Under the pieces are notes generated by a model that worked only from the letters and a program-made list of their open reading frames with translations, ran no database searches and was not told the origin of the DNA. Source: Eledone cirrhosa (lineage: Eukaryota). Taken from it: DNA of 64,000 nt. Below are positions 29,371 through 44,200 of the stretch, in pieces (position 1 is the stretch's first letter; each line of letters starts with the position of its first letter). The stretch is from NCBI GenBank assembly GCA_964016885.1, contig OZ024754.1, forward strand, positions 20,832,001 to 20,896,000. The letters run 5' to 3'. The translations under genes were made by a program, and so were the position numbers.

Positions 29371-30649
29371 ACCCTTGGTATTAACATAGGGACTCCCTCC
29401 CATATTACCCTTGGTATTAACATAGGGACTCCCTCCCATATTACACTTGGTATTAACATAGAGACTCCCCCCCATATTACCCTTGGTATTAATATAGAGA
29501 CTCCCTCCCATATTAACCTTGGTGTTAACATAGACTCCCTCCCATATTACCCTTGGTATTAACATAGGGACTCCCTCCCATATTAGCCTTGGTATTAACA
29601 TAGACTCCCTCCCATATTACCCTTGGTATTAACATAGACTCCCTCCCATATTACCCTTGGTATTAACATAGACTCCCCCCCATATTACCCTTGGTATTAA
29701 CATAGACTCCCTCCCATATTACCCTTGGTATTAACATAGACTCCCTCCCATATTACCCTTGGTATTAACATAGACTCCCTCCCATATTACCCTTGGTATT
29801 AACATAGGGACTCCCTCCCATATTAGCCTTGGTATTAACATAGACTCCCTCCCATATTACCCTTGGTATTAACATAGACTCCCTCCCATATTACCCTTGG
29901 TATTAACATAGGGACTCCCTCCCATATTACCCTTGGTATAAACATAGACTCCCCCCCATATTACCCTTGGTATTAACATAGACTCCCCCCCATATTACCC
30001 TTGGTATTAACATAGACTCCCTCCCATATTACCCCTGGTATTAACATAGACTCCCTCCCATATTACCCTTGGTATTAACATAGTGACACCGTCCCGTATT
30101 ACCCTTGGTATTAACATATGGAATCCCTACTATATTACCCTTAGTATTAACATAGACTCCCTCCCATATTACCCTTGGTATTAACATAGGGACTCCCTCA
30201 CATATTACCCTTGGTATTAACATAGACTCCTCCCATATTACCCTTGGTATTAACATAGACTCCATGCCATATTACCCTTGGTATTAACATAGACTCCCTC
30301 ACATATTACCGTTGGTATTAACATAGGGACTCCCTCCCATATTAGCCTTGGTATTAACATAGGGACTCCCTCCCATATTAGCCTTGGTATTAACATAGAC
30401 TCCCTCCCATATTAGCCTTGGTATTTACATAGACTCCCTCTCATATTACCCTTGGTATTAACATAGGGACTCCCTCCCATATTACCCTTGGTATTAACAT
30501 AGAGACTCCCTCACATATTACCCTTGGTATTAACATAGACTACCTCCCATATTACCCTGGGTCTTAACATAGACTCCCTCCCATATTAGACTTGGTATTA
30601 ACATAGACTCCCTCCCATTTTACCCTTGGTATTAACATAAACTCCCTCC

Positions 30650-33600
30650 CATATTACCTTTGGTATTAACATAGGGACTCCCTCCCATATTACTCTTGGT
30701 ATTAACATAGACTCCCTCACATATTACCCTTGGTATTAACATAGACTGCCTCCCATATTACCCCTATTATTAACATAGGGACTCCCTTCCATATTACCCT
30801 TGGTATTAACATAGAGACTCCCTCCCATATTACCGTGGGTCTTAACATAGACTCACTCCAATATTAGACTTGGTATTAACATAGACTCCCTCCCATATTA
30901 CCCTTGGTATTAACATAGACTCCCTCCCATATTACCCTTGGTATTAACATAGAGACTCCCTCCCATATTAGCCTTGGTATTAACATAGACTCCCTCCCAT
31001 ATTACCCTTGGTATTAACATAGAGACTCCCCCCCTCCATATTACCGTTGGTATTAATATAGACTCCCTCCCATATTACTCATGGTATTAACATAGACTCC
31101 CTCCCATATTACCCTTGGTATTAACATAGACTCCCTCCCATATTACCCTTGGTATTAACATAGAGAATCTCTCCCATATTACCCTTGGTATTAACATAGA
31201 CTCCCTCCCATATTACCCTTGGTATTAACATAGACTTCCTCACATATTACCCTTGGTATTAACATAGACTCCATCCCATATTACCCCTGGTATTAACATA
31301 GGGACTCCCTCCCATATTACCCTTGGTATTAACATAGACTCCCTCCCATATTACCCTTGGTATTAACATAGAGAATCACTCCCATATTACCCTTGGTATT
31401 AACATAGTCTCCCTCCCATATTACCCTTGGTATTAACATAGACTTCCTCACATATTACCCTTGGTATTAACATAGACTCCATCCCATATTACCCCTGGTA
31501 TTAACATAGAGACTCCCTTCCATATTACCCTTGGTATTAACATAGAGACTCCCTCCCATATTACCCTGGGTATTAACATAGACTACCTCCCATATTACCC
31601 TGGGTCTTAACATAGACTCCCTCCAATATTAGACTTGGTATTAACATAGACTCCCTCCCATATTACCCTTGGTAGTAACATAGACTCCCTCCCATATTAG
31701 CCTTGGTATTTACATAGACTACCTCCCATATTACCCTTGGTATTAACATAGACTCCCTCCCATATTACCCTTGGTATTAACATAGACTCCCTCCCATATT
31801 AGCCTTGGTATTAACATAGAGACCCCCCCCCCTCCATATTACCCTTGGTATTAATATAGACTCCCTCCCATATTACCCATGGTATTAACATAGACTCCCT
31901 CCCATATTACCCTTGGTATTAACATAGACTCCCTCCCATATTACCCTGGGTCTTAACATAGACTCCCTCCCATATTAGACTTGGTATTAACATAGACTCC
32001 CTCCCATATTACCCTTGGTATTAACATAGACTCCCTCCCATATTACCCTTGGTATTAACATAGGGACTCCCTCCCATATTCCCCTGGGTATTAACATAGA
32101 CTACCTCCCATATTAGCCTTGGTATTAACATAGAGACTCCCCCCCCCTCAATATTACCCATGGTATTAACATAGACTCCCTCCCATATAACCCTTGGTAT
32201 TAACATAGACTCCCTCCAAATATAACCCTTGGTATTAACATAGAGAATCTCTCCCATATTACCCTTGGTATTAACATAGACTCCCTCCCATGTTACCCTT
32301 GGTATTAACATAGACTCCCTCACATATTACCCTTGGTATTAACATAGACTCCCTCCCATATTACCCCTGGTATTAACATAGGGACTCCCTTCCATATTAC
32401 CCTTGGTATTAACATAGAGACTCCCTCCCATATTACCCTGGGTATTAACATAGACTACCTCCCATATTACCCTGGGTCTTAACATTGACTCCCTCCTATA
32501 TTAGACTTGATATTAACATAGACTCCCTCCCATATTACACTTGGTATCAGCATAGACTCCCTCCCATATTACCCTTGGTATTAACATAGAGACTCCCCTC
32601 CCCATATTACCCTTGGTATTAATATAGAGACTCCCTCCCATATTAGCCTTGGTATTAACATAGACTCCCTCCCATATTACCCTTGGTATTAACATAGACT
32701 CCCTCCCATATTACCCTTGGTATTAACATAGGGACTCCCTCCCATATTACCCTTGGTATTAACTAAGAGACTCCCCCCATATTACCCTTGGTATTTATAT
32801 AGAGACTCCCTCCCATATTAACCTTGGTGTTAACATAGACTCACTCCCATATTACCCTTGGTATTAACATAGGGACTCCCTCCCATATTAGCCTTGGTAT
32901 TAACATAGGGACTCCCTCCCATATTAGCCCTGGTATTGACATAGACTACCTCCCATATTACCCTTGGTATTAACATAGACTCCCTCCCATATTACCCTTC
33001 GTCTCTTAACATAGACTCCCTGCCATATTACCCTTTGTATTAACATAGACTCCCTCCCATATTACCCTTGGTATTAACATAGACTCCCTCCTATATTAAC
33101 CTTGGTATTAACATAGAGACTCCCCCCCCCTCCATATTACCCTTGGTATTAACATAGACCCCCTCCCATATTACCCCTGGTATTAACATAGGGACTCCCT
33201 TCCATATTACCCATGGTATTAACATAGACTCCCTCCCATATAACCCTTAGTATTAACATAGACTCCCTCCAAATATAACCCTTGGTATTAACATAGAGAA
33301 TCTCTCCCATATTACCCTTGGTATTAACATAGACTCCCTCCCATGTTACCCTTGGTATTAACATAGACTCCCTCACATATTACCCTTGGTATTAACATAG
33401 ACTCCCTCCCATATTACCCCTGGTATTAACATAGGGACTCCCTTCCATATTACCCTTGGTATTAACATAGAGACACCCTCCCATATTACCCTGGGTATTA
33501 ACATAGACTACCTCCCATATTACCCTGGGTCTTAACATAGACTCCCTCCCATATTAGACTTGATATTAACATAGGCTCCTTCCCATATTACCCTTGGTAT

Positions 33601-36600
33601 TAACATAGGGACTCCCTCCCATATTACCCTTGGTATTAACATAGAGACTCCCCCCCCCATATTACCCTCGGTATTAATATAGAGACTCCCTCCCATATTA
33701 ACCTTGGTGTTAACATAGACTCCCCCCATATTACCCTTCGTATTAACATAGAGACGCCCTCCCATATTACCCTTGGTATTAACATAGAAACGCCCTCCCA
33801 TATTACCCTTGGTATTAACATAGACTCCCTCCCATATTACCCTTGGTATTATCATAGACTCCCTCCCATATTAGCCTTGGTATTAACATAGGGACTCCCT
33901 CCTATATTACCCTTAGTATTAACATAGACTCCCTCCTATATTACCCTTGGTATTAACATAGACTCCCTACCATATTACCCTTGGTATTAACATAGACTCC
34001 CTCCCATATTGCCCTTGGTATTAACATAGACTCCCCCACATATTACCCTTGGTATTAACATAGAGACTCCTCCCCTCCATATTGCCCTTGGTATTAACAT
34101 AGACCCCCTCCCATATTACCCATGGTATTAACATAGACTCCCTCCCATATTACCCTTGGTATTAACAAAGACTCCCTCCCATATTACCCTTGGTATTAAC
34201 ATAGAGAATCTCTCCCATATTACCCTTGGTATTAACATAGACTCCCTCCCATATTACCCTTGGTATTAACATAGACTCCCTCATATATTACCCTTGGTAT
34301 TAACATAGACTCCCTCCCATATTACCCCTGGTATTAACATAGGGACTCCCTTCCATATTACCCTGGGTATTAACATAGACTACCTCCCATATTACTCTTG
34401 GTATTAACATAGACTCCCTCACATATTACCCTTGGTATTAACATAGACTCCCTCCCATATTACCCCTATTATTAACATAGGGACTCCCTTCCATATTACC
34501 CTTGGTATTAACATAGAGACTCCCTCCCATATTACCCTGGGTCTTAACATAGACTCCCTCCAATATTAGACTTGGTATTAACATAGACTCCCTCCCATAT
34601 TACCCTTGGTATTAACATAGACTCCCTCCCATATTACCCTTGGTATTAACATAGAGACTCCCTCCCATATTAGCCTTGGTATTAACATAGAGACTCCCCC
34701 CCATATTACCCTTGGTATTAACATAGAGACTCCCCCCCTCCATATTACCCTTGGTATTAATATAGACTCCCTCCCATATTACTCATGGTATTAACATAGA
34801 CTCCCTCCCATATTACCCTTGGTATTAACATAGACTCCCTCCCATATTACCCTTGGTATTAACATAGAGAATCTCTCCCATATTACCCTTGGTATTAACA
34901 TAGACTCCCTCCCATATTACCCTTGGTATTAACATAGACTTCCTCACATATTACCCTTGGTATTAACATAGACTCCATCCCATATTACCCCTGGTATTAA
35001 CATACGGACGCCCTCCTATATTACCCTTGGTATTAACATAGACTCCCTCCCATATTACCCTTGGTATTAACATAGAGAATCTCTCCCATATTACCCTTGG
35101 TATTAACATAGTCTCCCTCCCATATTACCCTTGGTATTAACATAGACTTCCTCACATATTACCCTTGGTATTAACATAGACTCCATCCCATATTACCCCT
35201 GGTATTAACATAGAGACTCCCTTCCATATTACCCTTGGTATTAACATAGAGACTCCCTCCCATATTACCCTGGGTATTAACATAGACTACCTCCCATATT
35301 ACCCTGGGTCTTAACATAGACTCCCTCCAATATTAGACTTGGTATTAACATAGACTCCCCCCATATTACCCTTGGTAGTAACATAGACTCCCTCCCATAT
35401 TAGCCTTGGTATTTACATAGACTACCTCCCATATTACCCTTGGTATTAACATAGACTCCCTCCCATATTACCCTTGGTATTAACATAGAGACTCCCCCCC
35501 TCCATATTACCCTTGGTATTAATATAGACTCCCTCCCATATTACTCATGGTATTAACATAGACTCCCTCCCATATTACCCTTGGTATTAACATAGACTCC
35601 CTCCCATATTACCCTTGGTATTAACATAGAGAATCTCTCCCATATTACCCTTGGTATTAACATAGACTCCCTCCCATAATACCCTTGGTATTAACATAGA
35701 CTTCCTCACATATTACCCTTGGTATTAACATAGACTCCATCCCATATTACCCCTGGTATTAACATAGGGACTCCCTCCCATATTACCCTTGGTATTAACA
35801 TAGACTCCCTCCCATATTACCCTTGGTATTAACATAGAAAATCTCTCCCATATTACCCTTGGTATTAACATAGTCTCCCTCCCATATTACCCTTGGTATT
35901 AACATAGACTTCCTCACATATTACCCTTGGTATTAACATAGACTCCATCCCATATTACCCCTGGTATTAACATAGAGACTCCCTTCCATATTACCCTTGG
36001 TATTAACATAGAGACTCCCTCCCATATTACCCTGGGTATTAACATAGACTACCTCCCATATTACCCTGGGTCTTAACATAGACTCCCTCCAATATTAGAC
36101 TTGGTATTAACACAGACTCCCTCCCATATTACCCTTGGTAGTAACATAGACTCCCTCCCATATTAGCCTTGGTATTTACATAGACTACCTCCCATATTAC
36201 CCTTGGTATTAACATAGACTCCCTCCCATATTACCCTTGGTATTAACATAGACTCCCTCCCATATTAGCCTTGGTATTAACATAGAGACCCCCCCCCTCC
36301 ATATTACCCTTGGTATTAATATAGACTCCCTCCCATATTACCCATGGTATTAACATAGACTCCCTCCCTTATTACCCTTGGTATTAACATAGACTCCCTC
36401 CCATATTACCCTGGGTCTTAACATAGACTCCCTCCCATATTACACTTGGTATTAACATAGACTCCCTCCCATATTACCCTTGGTATTAACATAGACTCCC
36501 TCCCATATTACCCTTGGTATTAACATAGGGACTCCCTCCCATATTACCCTTGGTATTAACTAAGAGACTCCCCCCATATTACCCTTGGTATTTATATAGA

Positions 36601-39600
36601 GACTCCCTCCCATATTAACGTTGGTGTTAACATAGACTCACTCCCATATTACCCTTGGTATTAACATAGGGACTCCCTCCCATATTAGCCTTGGTATTAA
36701 CATAGGGACTCCCTCCCATATTAGCCCTGGTATTGACATAGACTACCTCCCATATTACCCTTGGTATTAACATAGACTCCCTCCCATATTACCCTTCGTC
36801 TTAACATAGACTCCCTGCCATATTACCCTTTGTATTAACATGGACTCCCTCCCATATTACCCTTGGTATTAACATAGACTCCCTCCTATATTAGCCTTGG
36901 TATTAACATAGAGACTCCCCCCCCCTCCATATTACCCTTGGTATTAACATAGACCCCCTCCCATATTACCCATGGTATTAACATAGACTCCCTCCCATAT
37001 AACCCTTGGTATTAACATAGACTCCCTCCAAATATAACCCTTGGTATTAACATAGAGAATATCTCCCATATTACCCTTGGTATTAACATAGACTCCCTCC
37101 CATGTTACCCTTGGTATTAACATAGACTCCCTCACATATTACCCTTGGTATTAACATAGACTCCCTCCCATATTACCCCTGGTATTAACATAGGGACTCC
37201 CTTCCATATTACCCTTGGTATTAACATAGAGACTCCCTCCCATATTACCCTGGGTATTAACATAGACTACCTCCCATATTACCCTGGGTCTTAACATAGA
37301 CTCCCTCCTATATTAGACTTGATATTAACATAGACTCCCTCCCATATTACACTTGGTATCAGCATAGACTCCCTCCCATATTACCCTTGGTATTAACATA
37401 GGGACTCCCTCCCATATTACCCTTGGTATTAACATAGAGACTCCCCCCCCATATTACCCTTGGTATTAATATAGAGACTCCCTCCCATATTAACCTTGGT
37501 GTTAACATAGACTCCCTCCCATATTACCCTTGGTATTAACATAGAGACGCCCTCCCATATTACCCTTGGTATTAACATAGAAACGCCCTCCCATATTACC
37601 CTTGGTATTAACATAGACTCCCTCCCATATTACCCTTGGTATTATCATAGACTCCCTCCCATATTAGCCTTGGTATTAACATAGGGACTCCCTCCTATAT
37701 TACCCTTAGTATTAACATAGACTCCCTCCTATATTACCCTTGGTATTAACATAGACTTCCTACCATATTACCCTTGGTATTAACATAGACTCCCCCACAT
37801 ATTACCCTTGGTATTAACATAGACTCCCTCCCATATTGCCCTTGGTATTAACATAGACTCCCCCACATATTACCCTTGGTATTAACATAGAGACTCCCCC
37901 CCTCCATATTGCCCTTGGTATTAACATAGACCTCCTCCCATATTACCCATGGTATTAACATAGACTCCCTCCCATATTACCCTTGGTATTAACATAGACT
38001 CCCTCCCATATTACCCTTGGTATTAACATAGAGAATCTCTCCCATATTACCCTTGGTATTAACATAGATTCCCTCCCATATTACCCTTGGTATTAACATA
38101 GACTCCCTCATATATTACCCTTGGTATTAACATAGACTCCCTCCCATATTACCCCTGGTATTAACATAGGGACTCCCTTCCATATTACCCTGGGTATTAA
38201 CATAGACTACCTCCCATATTACTCTTGGTATTAACATAGACTCCCTCACATATTTCCCTTGGTATTAACATAGACTCCCTCCCATATTACCCCTATTATT
38301 AACATAGGGACTCCCTTCCATATTACCCTTGGTATTAACATAGAGACTCCCTCCCATATTACCCTGGGTCTTAACATAGGCTCCCTCCAACATTAGACTT
38401 GGTATTAACATAGACTCCCTCCCATATTACCCTTGGTATTAACATAGACTCCCTCCCATATTACCCTTGGTATTAACATAGAGACTCCCTCCCATATTAG
38501 CCTTGGTATTAACATAGAGACTCCCCCCCATATTACCCTTGGTATTAACATAGAGACTCCCCCCCTCCACATTACCCTTGGTATTAATATAGACTCCCTC
38601 CCATATTACTCATGGTATTAACATAGACTCCCTCCCATATTACCCTTGGTATTAACATAGACTCCCTCCCATATTACCCTTGGTATTAACATAGAGACTC
38701 CCTCCCATATTACCCTTGGTATTAACATAGACTCCCTCCCATATTACCCTTGGTATTAACATAGACTTCCTCACATATTACCCTTGGTATTAACATAGAC
38801 TCCATCCCATATTACCCCTGGTATTAACATAGGGACTCCCTCCCATATTACCCTTGGTATTAACATAGACTCCCTCCCATATTACCCTTGGTATTAACAT
38901 AGAGAATCTCTCCCATATTACCCTTGGTATTAACATAGTCTCCCTCCCATATTACCCTTGGTATTAACATAGACTTCCTCACATATTACCCTTGGTATTA
39001 ACATAGACTCCATCCCATATTACCCCTGGTATTAACATAGAGACTCCCTTCCATATTACCCTTGGTATTAACATAGAGACTCCCTCCCATATTACCCTGG
39101 GTATTAACATAGACTACCTCCCATATTACCCTGCGTCTTAACATAGACTCCCTCCAATATTAGACTTGGTATTAACATAGACTCCCTCCCATATTACCCT
39201 TGGTAGTAACATAGACTCCCTCCTATATTAGCCTTGGTATTTACATAGACTACCTCCCATATTACCCTTGGTATTAACATAGACTCCCTCCCATATTACC
39301 CTTGGTATTAACATAGACTCCCTCCCATATTAGCCTTGGTATTAACATAGAGACTCCCCCCTCCATATTACCCTTGGTATTAATATAGACTCCCTCCCAT
39401 ATTACCCATGGTATTAACATAGACTCCCTCCCATATTACCCTTGGTATTAACATAGACTCCCTCCCATATTACCCTGGGTCTTAACATAGACTCCCTCCC
39501 ATATTAGACTTGGTATTAACATAGACTCCCTCCCATATTACCCTTGGTATTAACATAGACTCCCTCCCATATTACCCTTGGTATTAACATAGGGACTCCC

Positions 39601-41250
39601 TCCCATATTACCCTTGGTATTAACTAAGAGACTCCCCCCATATTACCCTTGGTATTTATATAGAGACTCCCTCCCATATTAACGTTGGTGTTAACATAGA
39701 CTCACTCCCATATTACCCTTGGTATTAACATAGGGACTCCCTCCCATATTACCCTTGGTATTAACATAGACTTCCTCCCATATTACCCTTGGTATTAACA
39801 TAGACTCCCTCCCATATTACCCTTCGTCTTAACATAGACTCCCTGCCATATTACCCTTTGTATTAACATGGACTCCCTCCCATATTACCCTTGGTATTAA
39901 CATAGACTCCCTCCTATATTAGCCTTGGTATTAACATAGAGACTCCCCCCCCTCCATATTACCCTTGGTATTAACATAGACCCCCTCCCATATTACCCAT
40001 GGTATTAACATAGACTCCCTCCCATATAACCCTTAGTATTAACATAGACTCCCTCCAAATATAACCCTTGGTATTAACATAGAGAATCTCTCCCATATTA
40101 CCCTTGGTATTAACATAGACTCCCTCCCATGTTACCCTTGGTATTAACATAGACTCCCTCACATATTACCCTTGGTATTAACATAGACTCCCTCCCATAT
40201 TACCCCTGGTATTAACATAGGGACTCCCTTCCATATTACCCTTGGTATTAACATAGAGACTCCCTCCCATATTACCCTGGGTATTAACATAGACTACCTC
40301 CCATATTACCCTGGGTCTTAACATAGACTCCCTCCTATATTAGACTTGATATTAACATAGACTCCCTCCCATATTACCCTTGGTATTAACATAGGGACTC
40401 CCTCCCATATTACCCTTGGTATTAACATAGAGACTCCCCCCCCATATTACCCTTGGTATTAATATAGAGACTCCCTCCCATATTAACCTTGGTGTTAACA
40501 TAGACTCCCTCCCATATTACCCTTGGTATTAACATAGAGACGCCCTCCCATATTACCCTTGGTATTAACATAGAAACGCCCTCCCATATTACCCTTGGTA
40601 TTAACATAGACTCCCTCCCATATTACCCTTGGTATTATCATAGACTCCCTCCCATATTAGGCTTGGTATTAACATAGGGACTCCCTCCTATATTACCCTT
40701 AGTATTAACATAGACTCCCTCCTATATTACCCTTGGTATTAACATAGACTTCCTACCATATTACCCTTGGTATTAACATAGACTCCCCCACATATTACCC
40801 TTGGTATTAACATAGAGACTCCACCCCTCCATATTACCCTTGGTATTAACATAGACCCCCTCCCATATTACCCATGGTATTAACATAGACTCCCTCCCAT
40901 ATTACCCTTGGTATTAACATAGACTCCCTCCCATATTACCCTTGGTATTAACATAGAGAATCTCTCCCATATTACCCTTGGTATTAACATAGACTCCCTC
41001 CCATATTACCCTTGGTATTAACATAGACTCCCTCATATATTACCCTTGGTATTAACATAGACTCCCTCCCATATTACCCCTGGTATTAACATAGGGACTC
41101 CCTTCCATATTACCCTGGGTATTAACATAGACTACCTCCCTTATTACCCTGGGTCTTAACATAGACTCCCTCCCACATTAGACTTGGTATTAACATAGAC
41201 TCCCTGCCATATTACCCTTTGTATTAATATAGACTCCCTCCCATATTACC
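30650..41250. repeat. HOR domain D: about 3 copies of a ~3.0-3.1 kb core, expanded to 3.7-3.8 kb by internal duplications
   Basis: CCCCTATTATT occurs at 30761/34463/38290 and ACTCATGG at 31077/34781/35543/38608. TCCAAATATAACCC occurs at ~32215/33268/37027/40054. ORF pairs 36944/39971 (offset 3027) and 37429/40422 (offset 2993) agree. Confidence 0.85.
34730..36250. repeat. 762-bp internal tandem duplication within domain D
   Basis: ACTCATGG occurs at 34781 and 35543. Each is followed by GACTTCCTCAC twice, TAGTCTCCC, CTCCAATATTAGAC and GGTAGTAAC. Confidence 0.83.
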
Positions 41251-44200
41251 CTTGGTATTTACATAGACTCCCTCTCATATTACCCTTGGTATTAACATAG
41301 GGACTCCCTCCCATATTACCCTTGGTATTAACATAGAGACTCCCTCCCATATTACCCTTGGTATTAACATAGACTACCTCCCATATTACCCTGGGTCTTA
41401 ACATAGACTCCCTCCCATATTAGACTTGGTATTAACATAGACTCCCTCCCATATTACCCTTGGTATTAACATAAACTCCCTCCCATATTACCCTTGGTAT
41501 TAACATAGAGACTCCCCCCATATTAACCTTGGTATTAATATAGAGACTCCCTCCCATATTAACCTTGGTGTTAACATAGACTCACTCTTATATTACCCTT
41601 GGTATTAACATAGGGACTCCCTCCCATATTAGCCTTGGGTTTAACATAGGGACTCCCTCCCATATTAGCCTTGGTATTTACATAGACTTCCTCCCATATT
41701 ACCCTTGGTATTAACATAGAGAATCTCTCCCATATTACCCTTGGTATTAACATAGACTCCCTCCCATATTACCCTTGGTATTAACATAGACTCCCTCACA
41801 TATTACCCTTGGTATTAACATAGGGACTCCCTCCCATATTAGCCTTGGGTTTAACATAGGGACTCCCTCCCATATTAGCCTTGGTATTTACATAGACTCC
41901 CTCCCATATTACCCTTGGTATTAACATAGAGAATCTCTCCCATATTACCCTTGGTATTAACATAGACTCCCTCCCATATTACCCTTGGTATTAACATAGA
42001 CTCCCTCACATATTACCCTTGGTATTAACATAGGGGCTCCCTCCCATATTACCCTTGGTATTAACATAGACTCCCTCCCATATTACCCTTGGTATTAACA
42101 TAGACTCCCTCCCATATTAGCCTTGGTATTAACATAGGGACTCCCTGCCATATTAGACTTGGTATTAACATAGACTCCCTCCCATATTACCCTTGGTAAT
42201 AACATAGAATCCCTCCCATATTACCCTTGGTACTAACATAGACTCCCTCCAATATTACCCTTGGTATTAACATAGGGACTAGCTACCATATTACCCTTGG
42301 TATTAACATAGAGACCCCGCCCCATATTACCCTTGGTATTAACTTAGAGACACCATCCCGTATTACCCTTGGTATTAACATAGGGACTCCCTCCTATATT
42401 ACCCTTAGTATTAACATAGACTCCCTCCCATATTACCCTTGGTATTAACATAGGGACTCCCTCCTATATTACCCTTAGTATTAACATAGTCTCCCTCCCA
42501 TATTACCCTTGGTATTAACATAGACTCCCTCCCATATTAGCCTTGGTATTAACATAGACTCCCTCCCATATTAGCCTTGGTATTAACATAGACTCCCTCC
42601 CATATAACCCTTGGTATTAACATAGACTCACACCCATGTTAGCCTTGGTATTAACATAGACTCCCTCCCATATTAGCCTTGGTATTAACATAGACTCCCT
42701 CCCATATTAGCCTTGGTATTAACATAGACTCCCTCCCATATTACCCTTGGTATTATCATAGGGACTCCCTCCCATATTACCCTTGGTATTAATATAGAGA
42801 CTCCCCCCCCCATATTACCCTTGGTATTAACATAGACACGCTCCCATGTTACCCTTGGTATTATCATATGGACACCTTCACATATTACCCTTGGTATTAA
42901 CATAGACTCCCTCCCATATTACCCTTGGTATTAACATAGACTCCCTCCCATATTAGCCTTGGTATTAACATAGGGACTCCCTCCCATATTACCCTTGGTA
43001 TTAACATAGAGACTCCCTGCCATATTAGACTTGGTATTACCATAGACTCCCTCCCATATTACCCTTGGTATGAACATAGGACTCCCTCCCATATTAGCCT
43101 TGGTATTAACATAGACTCGCTCCCATATTAGCCTTGGTAGTTACATAGACTCCCTCCCATATTACCCCTGGTATTAACATAGACTCCCTCCCATCTTAGC
43201 CTTGGTATTATCATAGAGTCCCTCCCATATTATCCTTGGTATTAACATAGACTCCCTCCCATATTATCCTTGGTATTAACATAGACTCCCTCCCATATTA
43301 CCCTTGTTATTATCATAGACTCCCTCCCATATTACCCTTGGTATTAACATAGGGACTCCCTCCCATATTACCCTTGGTATTAACATAGGGACTCCCTCCC
43401 ATATTACCCTTGGTATTAACATAGACTCCCGCCCATATTACCCTTGGTATTATCATAGGGACTCCTTCCCATATTACCCTTGGTATTAACATAGACTCTC
43501 TCCCATATTACCCTTGGTATTAACATAGACACCCTCCCATATTACCCTTGGTATTATCATAGGAACACCCTCCCATATTACCCTTGGTATTATCATAGGG
43601 ACTCCCTCCCATATTTCCCTTGGTATTAACATAGACTCCCTCCCATATTACCCTTGGTATTAACATAGACACCCTCCCATATTACCCTTGGTATTATCAT
43701 AGGGACACCCTCCCATATAACCCTTAGTATTAACATAGACTCCCTCCCATATTACCCTTGGTATTAACATAGACTCCCTCCCATATTAGCCTTGGTATTA
43801 ACATAGGGACTCCCTCCTATATTACCCTTAGTATTAACATAGACTCCCTCCCATATTACCCTTGGTATTAACATAGACTCCTCCCATATTACACTTGGTA
43901 TTAACATAGACTCACTCCCATATTAGCCTTGGTACTAACATAGAGACTCCTCACCCCCATATTACCCTTGGTATTAACATAGACTCCCTCACATATTACC
44001 CTTGGTATTAACAGACTCCCTCCCATATTACCCTTGGTATTAACATAGACTCCCTCACATATTACCCTTGGTATTAAAAGACTCCCTCCCATATTACCCT
44101 TGGTATTAAAAGACTCCCTCCCATATTACCCTTAGTATTAACATTGACTCCCTCACATATTACCCTTGGTATTAACATAGACTCCCTCCCATATTACCCA

